64,000 nt of DNA. Source: Paraphysomonas bandaiensis. Taxonomy: Eukaryota > Protista > Chrysophyceae. The position numbers and the translations under genes were made by a program. Positions 12,201-25,844 of this stretch are shown piece by piece. The stretch covers positions 186,001-250,000 of the forward strand of contig CBFFRP010000408.1 in NCBI GenBank assembly GCA_965644295.1, written 5' to 3'. Position 1 is the stretch's first letter; every line of letters begins with the position of its first letter. Under the pieces are notes generated by a model. The model was given only the letters and a program-made list of their open reading frames with translations. It had not been told where the DNA came from and searched no databases.

Positions 12201-12991
12201 ATGAGTTTAATCGGACTTGCTAACGCTGCTGCCGCTCAGATAAAAGAAGATAAAGTCGAGAAGCCGTAAGTCAGTCTGCTCATATGCGCTGTGACTGTAA
12301 CTGTATACTTATATCCATTAGTCCTTTTCCTGTCCGGACCGCGAGCATGCCGATACTGAAAAGGGACTCCAGTGCTATGGATTCGAGCGGTCCTCTGCAA
12401 CATATTGCGTCTCAACAGCCGGTGCAGGCGAAGTGCGTAGATCTTAACTTTGAGTTAATAATTAATCATATTTTTTTAGAACTGATTGGAGACTTTTTCT
12501 AACTGGTAAGTGGCTGTTTTTTTTCTATTCATCGGTGTAACGTTGTGCAGTGGAAGAAAGACAATTGATACGGAGGAAAATATCCAGTGCGTATGAAACT
12601 AAAATTAAATCGTACGAGGAATTGCTGCAGGTATTCGGTATATTGATGTGTAGTGTTTCATTAATAATTTTCCATGTAGATATGCAGTGCTATAGAAGAG
12701 GAGTTAGTTTTTATCTCTGCGCCGTCACGGCTAGATTATTTCAAGGCGGGACTTCAGGTAACTTTATTGATACTTCTATGATAAAGCTGTAATCGCTCTT
12801 TTTTCTATCGTGGTTAGTATGAAAAGCGAGTTGTAGAGAAAAAGAAACAATTACCTGATGGCTCTGCTATTGTAGCAGAAGCCCAATCCCCATCAGTGTG
12901 CTCAACTAGCACATCTCCTGATATGCTTCCCCCCTCTAAAATAGAAGGAACAGAGGTTCGCGCCGCCAAGCGAGCAAAGACGTTAGAGTAA
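12201..12991 (+). CDS. Small KIX-domain (Med15/KIX_2-like) protein, 6 exons
   Basis: Spliced product contains TDWRLFLTVEERQLIRRKISSAYETKIKSYEELLQICSAIEEELVFISAPSRLDYFKAGLQYEKRV, matching the DWR...R..I..KI...EE..F..A.SR.DY KIX pattern; C-terminal AAKRAKTLE is NLS-like. Confidence 0.72.
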
Positions 12992-14049
12992 ATGTCAATT
13001 TCTATGCTGTGTTGTTACTGGAAAGGAGTGGCAATTAAAATTCTGTGTCCATGTCTTGCTCAGCAAGTAAATCATTGCGATGAAGTGTATAACAATATGT
13101 CCTACGTATGTTGTGAAATTGCGTTTATAATAATTTAGATATTACGGTTATATCCTTACCACTGAAGCTATTGGTAGATTCTGTAAACTAGCTGTAATTA
13201 AACCCCAGAATACACTATAGTATTTGGAACCAACAACTCAACGATCATTCTCATATTCAGCTTGCATATCCCCATTCAACAAAGTGGCCTTAGTATTGTG
13301 CCCATTGAAACATTCGTCAAGAAACAGATAACAGATACAACGCTGAAATTCTGCTCTAATCCTACGCAGTCGTCTACCTGTGCTCCCCGTCCACCATATT
13401 AAATGCTCACATATCACATAGAACGAGTGCAGAGGAACACTCAAACCGTCCACTTTGATTCTTGAAGCTGACACATACACAATGACGACCATAATAAAGA
13501 ATCTATAATTTTTTTCTTCTATCATTCATTCTGCTTCCACTCATTATAACGCCCAGTACACAGGGCTCCTTATAGCCGCGTGTGTGTCTCGAAAAGAACA
13601 ATACAGATCTAGTATTTTATTGCCTAATCTCTCCTTTTTCCAGATTGTGCCGTCTTGCTTAAGGGTGCATACAGCACACACGCCAGCACTACATTGCTTA
13701 GTTTATTCATCACTATCCTAGTAGAAATCTCTTCGGAATCGATTACTTCGGTATCAAATTTACGTTAACAAGATGAAGTAGCGGTTTGATATTACTGAGT
13801 TATTAATTTTTGAAATAAAAACGTCAAGCCAAGAAGTATAGGAATATTATAAAAAAACGACTATGGATAACATCTAGCGATGAAAGATTGTCGAATGAAC
13901 AGCTAAGAAGTTTTATTACTACTAAATAACGCAAAGCATAACAGCAAAATCGCACACTAATACCCAAACACTGGTTTGTCCATAGCCCTACAACAGCTAC
14001 ACACATCATATTCCATATATCATTATAGAAGGATTTCAATTGCGTGATA

Positions 14050-14660
14050 TTAGTAGTATATTCCATTTTTAACAAGTTCTGCTGCAAACTTAGTGATATG
14101 TGATCCTTCCCGTCCAGCAATAGGAGGCTGTAGATTCTGCGGTTCCCACCCAATCTAATACGTCAGATAAATATGTTATACACATGAATAAATATATCAC
14201 ATAGCGCACGCACCTCTTGCGAGGCTGTCAGCGGTACTTGCTGCTTTTGCTGCAGTGGACGTGGTAATCTTCTGTGTCGCCTAATTGATTCGAGAAATTC
14301 TGAGCTTGAACTCATATCGCAATTAGCAGCACGCTTTCCACTGGTTTCCTCTTCTTCACGTTCTGCAAGCGCTTTCAGGCTATTCAAAGTACTGATATAA
14401 TCCTCAAACGTGACAGTGTCCGCCCCCCCCTCAAAACACTCTGACAGTCGCTGTGCATCAAATGAAGGAACTGGCCCATGATACAATGATCGAAATATTT
14501 TATTTAACTCATCACCATTGCAAGACGAATTGTTTCCAACTATCTTCTTCCAAGCAGATTCGAAATCGTTAGTACTGAAAACATGAAGATGACTGGCGTT
14601 AGCTGCCGCGGCAGCAAATGTGTTTTGATATCCGAGAGCAGTTAAACCAAAAAAAGCCAT
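14050..14660 (-). CDS. TEX49/SPMIP11-like ciliary microtubule inner protein with EF-hand-like central part, 2 exons
   Basis: N-terminus MAFFGLTALGYQNTF resembles the TEX49 start MAFFNLYLLGYQNSF (from recall); spliced C-terminus VPLTASQEIGW...GSHITKFAAELVKNGIYY* fits the PLTxxQ..W...S..T.F MIP pattern. Confidence 0.68.
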
Positions 14661-15196
14661 GTGTCAAATATCAAAACACGGTTTGTACTTAAATAACTCT
14701 CCTCAGTGCCTCTACATACACCACTTCGATTGTTCGATATGATTCTGTCCATACCCCTCTGCTCTGCCTGTGTATGTATATGTATGTACATGTATATGTA
14801 TATGCGGCGTATGTATGTATATGTATACTGTACAACGATAATTGTGAAACGATTAACTACAACTCGGTATACCTGAACTACATACGTATTATGCATTGTT
14901 TGGGGACCGTGAGTACGTACCATACCGGCACTCCTTATGACCGTTTCGCAACAGTATATAACCACTATACGACCCTCCCTATACATACATACACACACAC
15001 GTGCACGCATATACACATACATACACATACATTCTTAGGGATAGTATCATAACCTCAGAGCCCACTCACTCACTCCCTGGCACCACATCATCTAACTTGT
15101 ATATCATACTATTGTAGTGTGCCGATTAGTCATTGTGCATACTCTTCTCTTCCAAGCGACAGTATCCATATATAACTGAGAGTCCTACCTGTTAAG

Positions 15197-16659
15197 ATGT
15201 CAGGCAGAGGAGTTGTAGTGTCCAGAACTGAATTAGATCGAATGAAACGGTCTGTTTTACCTCCAACTGAAAACTTTGCACGCGAACAGAAAGCCGCACA
15301 TTTAAAGAAGTTATCAAATGAACGTGTGAAGAATTGGCCGAATACACTAGAGGCACTCCGACACAAAAAAGAATCATACTTAAAAGAAAAGGAAGAAATT
15401 GAAGAAAAGAAACGACAAGAGATTGATAGAGAGGTGAGTATGTCTTGTGGTGTATGAGTAGTCATGCTGATTGTTTTGTTTTATAGGAAGCGGAGTTGAG
15501 GCGGAAGACTCGTTTAGATTCAATTGAGAGAGCAAATAATTTACTCTACGAGCAAACAGACAAAATGAAGTATTTGAGAAGCCAAGAGCTCTTGTCGGAT
15601 GTTGTCTACAGCCGCCAGTTTCAATTAGATGAAAAGAAACAACGTGAAATGAAAGCGAAAGAAGAAGCAGCATTACACCACGAGGTTATTTTGAAACAAG
15701 TTAGGGAAGGTGAAGCGAAGGAGCAGGCGCAACGCGAGCGCCTGAAGAAGAAAATGGAAGAAGTAACTGTATCGCGGAAGCAGCAACTCGATGAAGTTTT
15801 TGCTCGTCGGTCGGCTGAATTGGAAGAGGAAAGGCAGATAGGCATTGAACTCAAGCGAGAAGCTGAACTTCAGCTTGAAAGAGACAGAGTCGCCAGGTTG
15901 GAGAGACAAAAGCAGATCGATCAGAGTAATATTGAAATGGCTAAGGCTAACGAGCAGTTGAAGGTGCTTCGTGATGAGTACAGAGCTTTGGAGCTGGAAG
16001 AGATTGCCAGACGAGAAGCAGAAGTGGATGTGATAGAGAACCGAAAGAAAGTTCGAAAGGCACTAGAAATTAGAAAGTTTGAAAAGGCACAAGTGACACG
16101 ACAGCAAATTATTGATGCCGCCACCAAAGCACTTGCAGCACATTCCAACAAAGAACAAGCTCGAATGGAGAAACAGGCATCGGAACAGCGTGCCAAGGAA
16201 GATTTGGCGATTGCTCAAAAGGCAAAGAAACGTGAAGATGAATGGAATGACATCGTACGCAGTCGGGCTCAGCAAGTTGAACGGAAGAAAGCAGCGCGAG
16301 AGAGCGAGAGAATTGAGGAGGAGGAGCTCATTAAGTTGGCTCTGGAACAAGCAGCGGTCGCAGAAGAGAACGAGCGCAAAAAGGCTCAAAAGGCTAGAAA
16401 TGCAATAGTTCAAGTCAAGAAGGAGCAACTTGCTATGGCTGCCACAAAGCGGAAGGAGAAGGTGGAGGAGAGGTTACTCGACTATGAGCGCGAGAAGGCG
16501 TTGCACGCAGAAGATGGCAAGGATGATGCTAAGTTCAAAGAAATATGCAAGCAAGAGATAGCCCGATACAAAGCTGATGGGAAACCCCTTCTTCCTCTAT
16601 ACAGAGCAATGGAGCACAAGGCACCGGAGCTAATGGCTGTTACAGGATTTCGTATATAG
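15197..16659 (+). CDS. CFAP210: Cilia- and flagella-associated coiled-coil (TPH-domain) protein, CFAP210/CCDC173-like, 2 exons
   Basis: LKKLSNERVKNWPNTLEALRHKK motif, ANNLLYEQTDKMK, long E/R/K coiled coil, C-terminal GKPLLPL; intron ~15434-15486. Confidence 0.78.
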
Positions 16660-17849
16660 GGTACCACGTATTGTTGTGGTCTGTTCTTGTGTGAAGAGTG
16701 TGATTGCCACCGTGGCGTTGAATGACCGGAAAGCAGTGTTTAGTGTGCCCTGCTGTATTATTTACAAGAAGACCGTGCTAACCTGACGGTATGTTACATA
16801 GTGTTTGAAGTAGCTTCTACAATATCAACGCGTCTAATATTGATATAACAAAATGATTAATAATCAGTTTTTGTATTACGAGTATATTTTGAGCGTTATA
16901 CGTCCTAAAATTACGAAGCCCACTAAATGTCGTAGATTGTGTTTTCTATTCAGAATTTTTCATCATTTTGCAATGCTAGGAATTAGATGCTTAGCTAATA
17001 GCTAACCCTAATCGAATAGTTTGGATACCTGCCACCAATTAATTGTTAAGTACTATATGCAATTAAGGACTTGTTGAGTTCTGCAGTATGATGCGATTAT
17101 ATATTATATAATATATATGGGCTATTGAAGTTAGTAATTGGTTAATAGTATGCAATAGGTGAAATCAACTCATAGGTGCAACGGGAGAATGGAGAATATA
17201 GAATGTACTGACAAATGACAAAGGAAGAAAGGAAGTAAACTCAGCTTCTGATGTCTACGTAAGATATAGGAGTGGCTGGGAAATAGATGTTGCTGAGAAC
17301 AGATGTTCACCCTATGTTAAATTAATATGTTGTGAATTGTTTCGATTAAAAACTATAATTCTTACTTGAAAGTCTATTGTGTTCAACAAATCACGGTTAA
17401 CTTCAGTGAAATGTCCAATTCTAACAGAGTTGACAAAAACCACATTATTTGTTATGGAGATTCTCGTGCTACTAATCGTCTGACTAAAAACTTAAGACCA
17501 GCTACAACACAACAATTTGAACTACCGAACAAGCTTTGACAACTGATAATCAATCACAAAAATACTGATAGAGCATTTACCTCAACGATTCTACACACAT
17601 GAGAGTCCATGCAGTTCATAAATGCTCAAATAAGATGCAAATACGACGTGTGCAGACAGATCACGACAGCAGAGCATTATCACCCATAGATAACACAGAT
17701 AGCAGCAGAGATGATTCCATGTTCACAGTACTAGCATCAATTCTGTTTAACACATGTGCAAATCAGGTGTGCACACAACACGGTTACAGATATAAATGAC
17801 AAGCAGGGGTACCTACATCAATTTCCAGCTCATCCAACGGCGAAGTTCA

Positions 17850-19288
17850 CTAGTTAGTCGGGCGCTCCCACTGAGATACTCCAGTTCCTGAGTTATACCA
17901 GAACGTATTACCGTCTTCTGTCTTGTGCTCTGACCACCCAGCAGGGAGTGGAGGCGGTTTAGTCTGTTGCTGCGCTGGCTGTTGCACAGTCTGCTGCTGT
18001 CCTGTCCATCCCGAGGCCCCAGCACCGTAAGCAGAGGCGTTGGACTGGGAATACCCGCCTCCATACTGCTGCTGAGGTGCCATATATGGGCTCTGCTGCT
18101 GATACATACCTCCCTGTTGTGGAGGGTATCCGTACTGCGGCATACCATACGGCGCTTGCTGCTGGCCATAAAACGCGCCCCCCATACCACCCATGCCCCC
18201 AGGGGCACCCATCATACTCAAGCGATTAGGTCCATTCGCTATGATCTCCTGTACCATTTGTGCCGCTGCTACCACACATTGGGGAAGTCCCGTGATATTG
18301 ACCTTGCAGGGTGTTCCCTCAGGAACATTTTGATCAATTTGGACACGAGCACCGCTTCTGCCTTGAATTAGGTTTATAGTCTCCCCGCCGCGCCCAATAA
18401 TACGCCCCACGTACTGCTTGGCACACTCAATAATCTGTGATCCAGGGTTTGAATTTGCGGGCGGCATCTGTTGCTGAGGCATGCCCATACTGCCATCCAT
18501 ACCGAAAGAAGGAATCCCCATTGGGCCAGGTGGACCATTATCCATCACATATTTTATCATCATCGATGCCTGATGAACAGCATCTTGATTGCCAGTAATT
18601 TGAATCTTTCGGGGGACGCCCTCAGGAAAATCTTGATCAATCTGCACCTTCGCGGCGCATCTAGTTTGGATATCGCGAATGGTGGCCCCACCCGCTCCAA
18701 TAACTCTACCAACAAGGGATTGAGGACAATCAATTTCTTGGGTTATAACGGGTCCATTCAACATGTGTATAGCGGTAGGTCCCTTTTCAAGAACCATATC
18801 AACTAGTTTTCGCGCCGCCGCTATCTGCTCTTGTGTACCTGTAAACGTCACCTCCCTATTAACACCCTCTGGAAAATCTTGATTGACATGAATTTTGCAC
18901 CCAGATCGCGTCTGCATTTCTTGTATAATAGCACCACGTGACCCGATAATCTGTAAATAATATATAAGAGTGTGGATTACATCATATGATTATATACATA
19001 TACACGTATACGACTGACCTGACCGACTTTACTCGGAGACACTTCAAGCTTCTCAAAGAACTCTCCGCTGGCTGTCATATACGGGGGGGCATTGGCAACA
19101 CCGGAATCATTTAGTTTAGGTTTTTTATTGTCGTCGTTGTTGTCATCTGTGTGTTCAGAGGTGAGCTCCTCCCTCTTCCTCTTTAACTCCTGGTCCAGAT
19201 CATTGTCATGATTGTGCTCATGCTCCTCACTGGGGAGGACAGTCGCAGTGTCTTGCGCAGGACTGGATTCAGTGGCGTTATCTGACAT
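17850..19288 (-). CDS. FUBP/KHSRP-like RNA-binding protein with 3 KH domains and a C-terminal WW domain, 2 exons
   Basis: GxxG loops VGQIIGSRG, VGRVIGAGG, VGRIIGRGG; WW motif LPAGWSEHKTEDGNTFWYNSGTGVSQWERP; intron ~18951-19018. Confidence 0.9.
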
Positions 19289-21427
19289 GACAGACTATCA
19301 GTGTTTAGCCGATAGGAGAGATGAGTGTGTGTCTATTTATTGCAGAGGTATATATACACACACAGATTGGGCTCGTAGTACTGCTGTATTATATCTGTGG
19401 TATGGTGTGCCTGCATGAAATATGCGGACTCCACAGATATATCCACAGTCGTGTAGTAAGTAGATCTGCTGTATGTGTGTACATGTATGTGCAGTGCGCG
19501 TATCTCCCAACAATACCACACACTACTTGGACTGTACTTTGCGTATACCGCGTATACCAGGACAACATACGAGAAATCCCAACCACACATGAAAGTCAAC
19601 GCAAAATCATCAGTTTATGAATTTCTTTGTACAAAACTGTATGTTTTGGGAGGTATAAAACCCCATATCCTCGTAATATCGTCCACCCTCATATAGATAT
19701 CCAGATATAGTATAGAGCGATATCTACTCTATAAGCAGAGGCCGTTTCAGGGGATTCCATCAATTTTGTTTGTATTTATCATCAGGATGTTGGCTGTTAT
19801 GCATGAATGAGGGTGTGATACTGAGGCACTGGTCGAATCTATATCTGAGGGTCCTCTCGAGCTAGCTATACTAATATATATGCTCTACACACAAACCTTC
19901 AACACTGGCTTTCAAAGATACATGTAGAGAGAGTAATAGAATTGCTCCGTATATACACTTATATGAATAACAACACTTATAGCTGAATATACTGATATAT
20001 AAAGAGAAGCGGCGAGAGTATAGAGCCTTATGATTTTATCAACTGTATTATGTACAAGTAAAATCGTGGAGTGGAAATAACTGAAATAGTGAATCGATAG
20101 TTGGTACAGGGGTCGTAGACTGCCGCTTGATAAAGTCTTGTATACGTATTTGCAAGTTTTTAGCACTGTATGTACTATTATAGTCTTAAAAATGAAACAT
20201 GGGAACTATATTCAAATCCACAGTATCATACTCTTATTAACAACAGACAAAATTACGTTATCTACAATCTTACATTTGTGGCTCAACTTATATATCACTT
20301 TTATACGTGCTCTTACACGCACTACAATATGTAATATACGTAACCATCACGTAATATAATATTTATTCATACACCTTGCATATGGTACACCGAACTGCAC
20401 TACATAACACAGGTATACAAGAACGGCATACTTTATCCACCATGTATAGATTATTGACTCTACATTTCACAAATTCTTTATCTATTAGTATATATATACC
20501 TAGTCATTATTCCGAGTCTTTAAATAACATGAAATACACAAATACACTATAGATGAGACACAAAAGTCTCTGAGTCTGCTTGCTTCTAGAGTGAAGAAAT
20601 TGTATCTTATTATCACGATTCCGTGATCAAATGAATAAACATCATTCATATTCAATACCAAGCACATCAGTCTAATTCAGTTTATCACAATAACTCATCA
20701 TCAAAGTAGAAGAGAAGATATATTCAGTATTCTCATTGTAGTTGAAGCCTTGTGTACGTAGTTCCAAGCATAGTCAATAAACAATAAGCACTGAAAGAAA
20801 TATGTAAAGTACAACTGTATTACTGAATAATCTGGCAATACACGTGTATCAGCGTGTATATCAAACCCGGATTCTCCAGTAAACTTCTCCAGCCTTAAGC
20901 ATCAATATATATATGTATATAGTATATATGTATAATAATATATATATACACATCATCAATCAATATCTTCATCATTATTCTTCAATATGATAATCCTGTC
21001 TTTCTTTATCTTTTGAAGGGATATAAGTATCAATGATGAGCATGAGTTGTCATAGTCATAATATATCATATACCGTAATGAGAAATATAGTAATAATAAT
21101 ATAATAATCAACCTATGTTGCACAGATAGTATGTACAAACTTCAGATATACAATAGAGAGCTCACATAGTAGCTAAGAAAACCGAATAGCTGGTTATTAC
21201 ATAGACTATAGTATATAGTATATATATGTAATCTTGGTGTGTCCATTAGGGTCAGATGTGGGGAAAGAGTTGACTGATATCTAATATATGTAGCGATATA
21301 TAAGTAGTACACCCAGAACTAGCAAAGCCAATGACAAACTTCAGATGCTAGCAAAATTACCGGTATGAATTAGTCTTTTAACTACTCTGCATAATAAACA
21401 TTTAACTCCCAAATAGTATATGCCTAA

Positions 21428-22354
21428 CTACTCATTTCGCTTGAGATTATTTAGTCGTGCTTCGAGTTCACTCATGGCTGTTCCAGAGGAAGAACCTCCT
21501 CCTGGGGCACTTCCACCACCAACTCCTTCCGCCACAGCTATAGAGTCATGTAGTATTTAGGATGCGTCATGATAAAAACTACATTGCCATTACCTTTTTG
21601 TTCTGTAGGTTCGGCTGTCTGAGCAGATTCCTTTCCTTCGGGGGCATCAGGAACCCCTTCCATCTGTTGGATTCCAAGCTCATCGAGTACCTGCGAAACC
21701 ACCAGTTCTTCCTCTTCTTCTGCTCCATCTTCCTCCATAGCGTCATCAAGAGCATCGCCAATTGACTCCTGCACCAATTCAGACTTCTCATTCTCCCGAG
21801 CAAAATCCATCATTATTTTTTGTAGTCCTGGTACTGATACTTGCTTGTTCATAGTGGTCAAGGCTTTAGTCACTCCTCTCTGCAAACCAAGTTGAACATA
21901 TATGAACATGGTCATAGTATAAATAACGCACCATTGCCGAAGCCATTGCGTCTTGAGACTTCACTGTCTACTAAAGTCGTTAGGTACAAAATTTCATTGA
22001 AATCATATTTTACCAATAATTTCATTGATACTCCATTTAAATGAGATTTCATTTCGATAAAGCGGGATATGTTTCGTCTTGTCCGAACAAGATCTTTAGC
22101 CATCACTTTGGCAGCCGTCTTTATACCCAACGATGAAAGTATAAATAACTTCGTCAAATCAAACACTTATAGCAAGATGAACTTACATACTGATTTTCTT
22201 TGCCTGCTTTTTTAATATCACCTTCCAGTTTTTTCGCATTTCTTTCTAGGTTTTTAATTTCTCTGTCCAGTTCACGAATGGATTTGTTAATCATGCGCTG
22301 ATTTTCCCTAACAATTTCTTTAAGAGTTTTTTGAGGCCCGAATACGTTGCCCAT
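21428..22354 (-). CDS. CHMP2A: ESCRT-III subunit CHMP2A/VPS2, 5 exons
   Basis: MGNVFGPQKTLKEIVRENQRMINKSIRELDRE, AKDLVRTRR, LQKIMMDFARENE, VSQVLDELGI, and C-terminal MIM1-like ELEARLNNLKRNE*. Confidence 0.93.
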
Positions 22355-22943
22355 TTTAGTATAATGCTATACGAGATAAGACACTGCGGGGGTCTAAGTA
22401 TTCAATACGTAATATACAACAAACACAAAGCAGTGTGTTGAATAAGGTACTGCAGATCAGAGAGGTACGCTAATGTTGCTTCTAGCACAGCAGGTTCTTG
22501 TTAAGAGCAAGAGATATGCCGTCCAGGGGCTGCAGTGTGTATGTACTGTATGTTATGGTATGTGGATGATGTACATGTATGTATGATGGGTTTGTATATA
22601 CAAGATACAGTCACAGGGAGTGTTTTTTGGAAGGGAAAAAATGAGCTGAAGAAAAAGAGTCGCCCAAAGAACTCTCCTCTTGTTAGACAGTATACGGTTG
22701 TATATACTGTATATCAGCTGGAGATCGTATTACAGAATACTGCTGTATAAAACAATCGTTTCACTGCTAGTTTGGTAGTCGTCTGTATATTATGTATACG
22801 CAGCAGTAAGCCTCTATGCATAGAGCAGGTAAGTAGCAGGCTCTGGAGGTGGATGTTCAGAGTGTGTTATCTACAAGGATTCCAATGGAATTATCGGAGT
22901 AGTAAACTACAGTGTCTGTGTGGTGTGCGGTAGAACATTAACG

Positions 22944-24629
22944 ATGTCAGATGAATCTATCGACTACACATCTCCGTCATACATACTTCAAAACATCTCT
23001 TATCAGAACCACTTCGAGAAATTTGAAAGCATCTCATCAGACACTCGACTGCGTGTCATTCAAAACATTCGTGATCAAGTCTGCTTCTATGTTGCGTGTG
23101 TATTAAAGGCTTTCGTTCGAGCTGAGCGTGCTCCAACTATTGTTATATACGGCGCAGGCTTTGTGGGCTCCACTATTATAGAGGCTCTTGTGGACTGCGG
23201 ATGCAGCAGTCTATTGAGAATATTTACTAGAGATGAGACTACAATCGCAGCATGGAAAGAAAAGGGTATCAAGTCGACTACACGGTTTAGGAGCGGTTTC
23301 TTTGCGGATATTTTGATACTGTGTGCAAATTTGGCGAGTTTCAGTCAGTTTTGTCGAGATATGAGCCCACATATAACTCCAAAGACTTTTGTAATATCAT
23401 CAGTATTTGGTCTTCAACGACGACGTCTCTTCAGTATTTTGCGAACACCTGGTATATTTCGTGTATTCGTGGAACGCAAAACAAGTCCGTCTCCTGACGA
23501 CAGTCATACCCTACCTCGACTGGCATCTCCCCCACCACCTAGTAAAAGTAAAACCCCAACATCTCCTTTGTCAGCGACCTCGTCCGTACCACTTCGCAGA
23601 AAGAATTCTCGTCCTGGGAGCCCTCCTATGGAGAAGCATCCATCTTCCACACATAAACTAGCTCCATCTACTACTGCAGACTCCTCGAAAATGTCTCCGC
23701 AGGAAATTTCTGCAAGGTTCTTAGCTGGTCGCAAGAATTCTGTTCGGAATTTGATTATTATATTAGAGAATTATTTTATAATCAGCGGGATTCCTGCCAT
23801 AAGCGCACGGAGCGAAGCCCTGGACTCTATTGTTGGATCGGAATCTGTTCTGCCTGCAACAAGACTAAGTTCTGTGGCTGGCTCCACCGTCTCTGCGGGT
23901 GATCCACCTGAAGACACTTTTGAACCTGCTGGGTATTTGTCCCAACAATCGACTGCGTCTATACTATCAACAGGAGAGGTGTCAGACTCGCACGATGGAT
24001 TTAGTAATGCTGTCTCGGAGGAAAATAGTAATGATGACGTTGTCAACAATAAAATACTCGCACGGCAATCGTCACGGCGGCCAGCAATGTTTGTGGATAT
24101 GCCTTCCCATCTTAAGGTAATACGCCGAGCTCTAGGAGAGCTTAACACAAAGTACTGCGAGGCTTTTAAGCAAGAGCTTTCAAGGCATATATTAGTTATT
24201 GACTTGCCTACCGTTCAACAAGACGAGGCGGATGTAAGAAGCAGTCCACTGCCAAAAACAAGAAAAAATACTAGAAGTAAAATCAATCGCCTTCCCACAA
24301 GGGGCATAGTCTCAAATCCTGCACCAAACTGGGAGGAGTCTGTATTACGTGATGAGAAACTCTTAGATATATTTAAGGGAGATTCTGTGTCTTCATATTT
24401 GACAGATGGTAAGAGTGAGTATTTAGATGAAATCGACGCAGAGAGTGGCGATGAAGACGATGGAAACGGGGATACTACTGAATCCGATATACGAGAACAA
24501 CTAACAGAAAGATATTATATCGTTAGAAACGACTCTATTCCTATGGACCCGACTCGTCCACCACCTATGAATTTGCAGCGTATGCCGAAATCGTCTTTTG
24601 TGGATCTGGCACTTATGGGGCAAAAATGA
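22944..24629 (+). CDS. NOXRED1/P5C-reductase-like Rossmann-fold protein with long disordered S/P-rich extension
   Basis: IVIYGAGFVGSTIIEAL (GxGxxG), ADILILC; single ORF of ~561 aa from MSDES. Confidence 0.7.
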   Translation: MSDESIDYTSPSYILQNISYQNHFEKFESISSDTRLRVIQNIRDQVCFYVACVLKAFVRAERAPTIVIYGAGFVGSTIIEALVDCGCSSLLRIFTRDETTIAAWKEKGIKSTTRFRSGFFADILILCANLASFSQFCRDMSPHITPKTFVISSVFGLQRRRLFSILRTPGIFRVFVERKTSPSPDDSHTLPRLASPPPPSKSKTPTSPLSATSSVPLRRKNSRPGSPPMEKHPSSTHKLAPSTTADSSKMSPQEISARFLAGRKNSVRNLIIILENYFIISGIPAISARSEALDSIVGSESVLPATRLSSVAGSTVSAGDPPEDTFEPAGYLSQQSTASILSTGEVSDSHDGFSNAVSEENSNDDVVNNKILARQSSRRPAMFVDMPSHLKVIRRALGELNTKYCEAFKQELSRHILVIDLPTVQQDEADVRSSPLPKTRKNTRSKINRLPTRGIVSNPAPNWEESVLRDEKLLDIFKGDSVSSYLTDGKSEYLDEIDAESGDEDDGNGDTTESDIREQLTERYYIVRNDSIPMDPTRPPPMNLQRMPKSSFVDLALMGQK

Positions 24630-25503
24630 ATCATGTTATTCTTTTATTTGCTTAAGCTATATATTTACTCGATGTCTGTGTTGAACATTTCATCGTTGAC
24701 GATTTAGTGCTTCACTGGTGTACTTGTAGTGAGTGAAGTGTGACCTGTGGTTGCAGCGAATTGAAAGTTACGTAACCGTTAATGACTAGGACCTGTAAAA
24801 TAAGAATGTTAATAGATACTTATATGGGAAATAGCATTAACCACAATACGATGTTCCCAGAGAAAAATGATTAATGCAATGTTTTCTTTTCTATTGTGGT
24901 CCTGCCAATGTAAATGCTATATGCAATGAATACCAACACGTTCTAAAGTTCTTCATATTTTTTACAACTATATATAAAATATTAAACCTTCCGTATTCAA
25001 TTAGAGCTTTTAAGATAAGCTATTTTGTCTGACTATCTAGTCCGCAACTGCTCGTGGTAGCCATGATTGTGATATCAACAAGATAATCTCTACTCTCCAC
25101 TGATTCACTACTTCAGGATCAGTATTATCGTTTTGTGTGAGGGGTTGCTGCATGTCGTTACTATATATGTACATTTTAATAGATATCAACAACAAATCTG
25201 ATGACTCGGGCGAAATTTTTCATATCGTTACTGTCATACTGAAATGTTGCCATTCAGGTAATAGAAAACAGACTACTACTAGATACTAGACTCATTCGTG
25301 TGTACTGTGCACTTGTTAGTATATAACGCTCGAAGGCAGATAATATCTACTGCTATTCATTGGCACTTAATACATTGAAGTAATGGACAAAGTTATGTTT
25401 AACGGCCTTTTAGTTTAAAACGGCTAGTGGCAAGTTTTATGCAGGTCGAATAACACCAGTTCTATTCAATCCTTACAAGGTGTCAAAGATAACTCACACC
25501 AAT

Positions 25504-25844
25504 TTATTCGGGACGAGTGTACTCAGTTGCCAATTCTCCACGAAGGAAATGCTTTCTTGAATCACCAAACAATCTGACATCGGGAGATGAAGTCATGAAG
25601 TAAATACCATAGCTGGGAACAAATATAGCCATAGCAATGCATATTCCCATGACAGGATATGCCCCTTCATCAGAAAGCCAGATTTGCTTGAAAGTCTTCT
25701 CCTGAAACTTTCCAGTCCTTATTTTTGCGGTGCCTCCCATGTGTCTGCAATAATAACTCAACTGGGCAATAAGCGAATAGGTCCCTGATCATACCTGCAC
25801 GCAACTTTACTTCTAGAAAGAATTCTCCCTGCTGAAAACATCAT
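25504..25844 (-). CDS. B12D/NDUFA4-like small mitochondrial membrane protein, 2 exons
   Basis: Presequence MMFSAGRILSRSKVACR, intron, then WLSDEGAYPV-TM-SPDVRL typical of the B12D/NDUFA4 family. Confidence 0.75.

Noticed and set aside
13238-13525. Possible pogo/DDE transposase relic (LFLDECFNGH)
   Set aside because: Single short motif with no termini or second copy.
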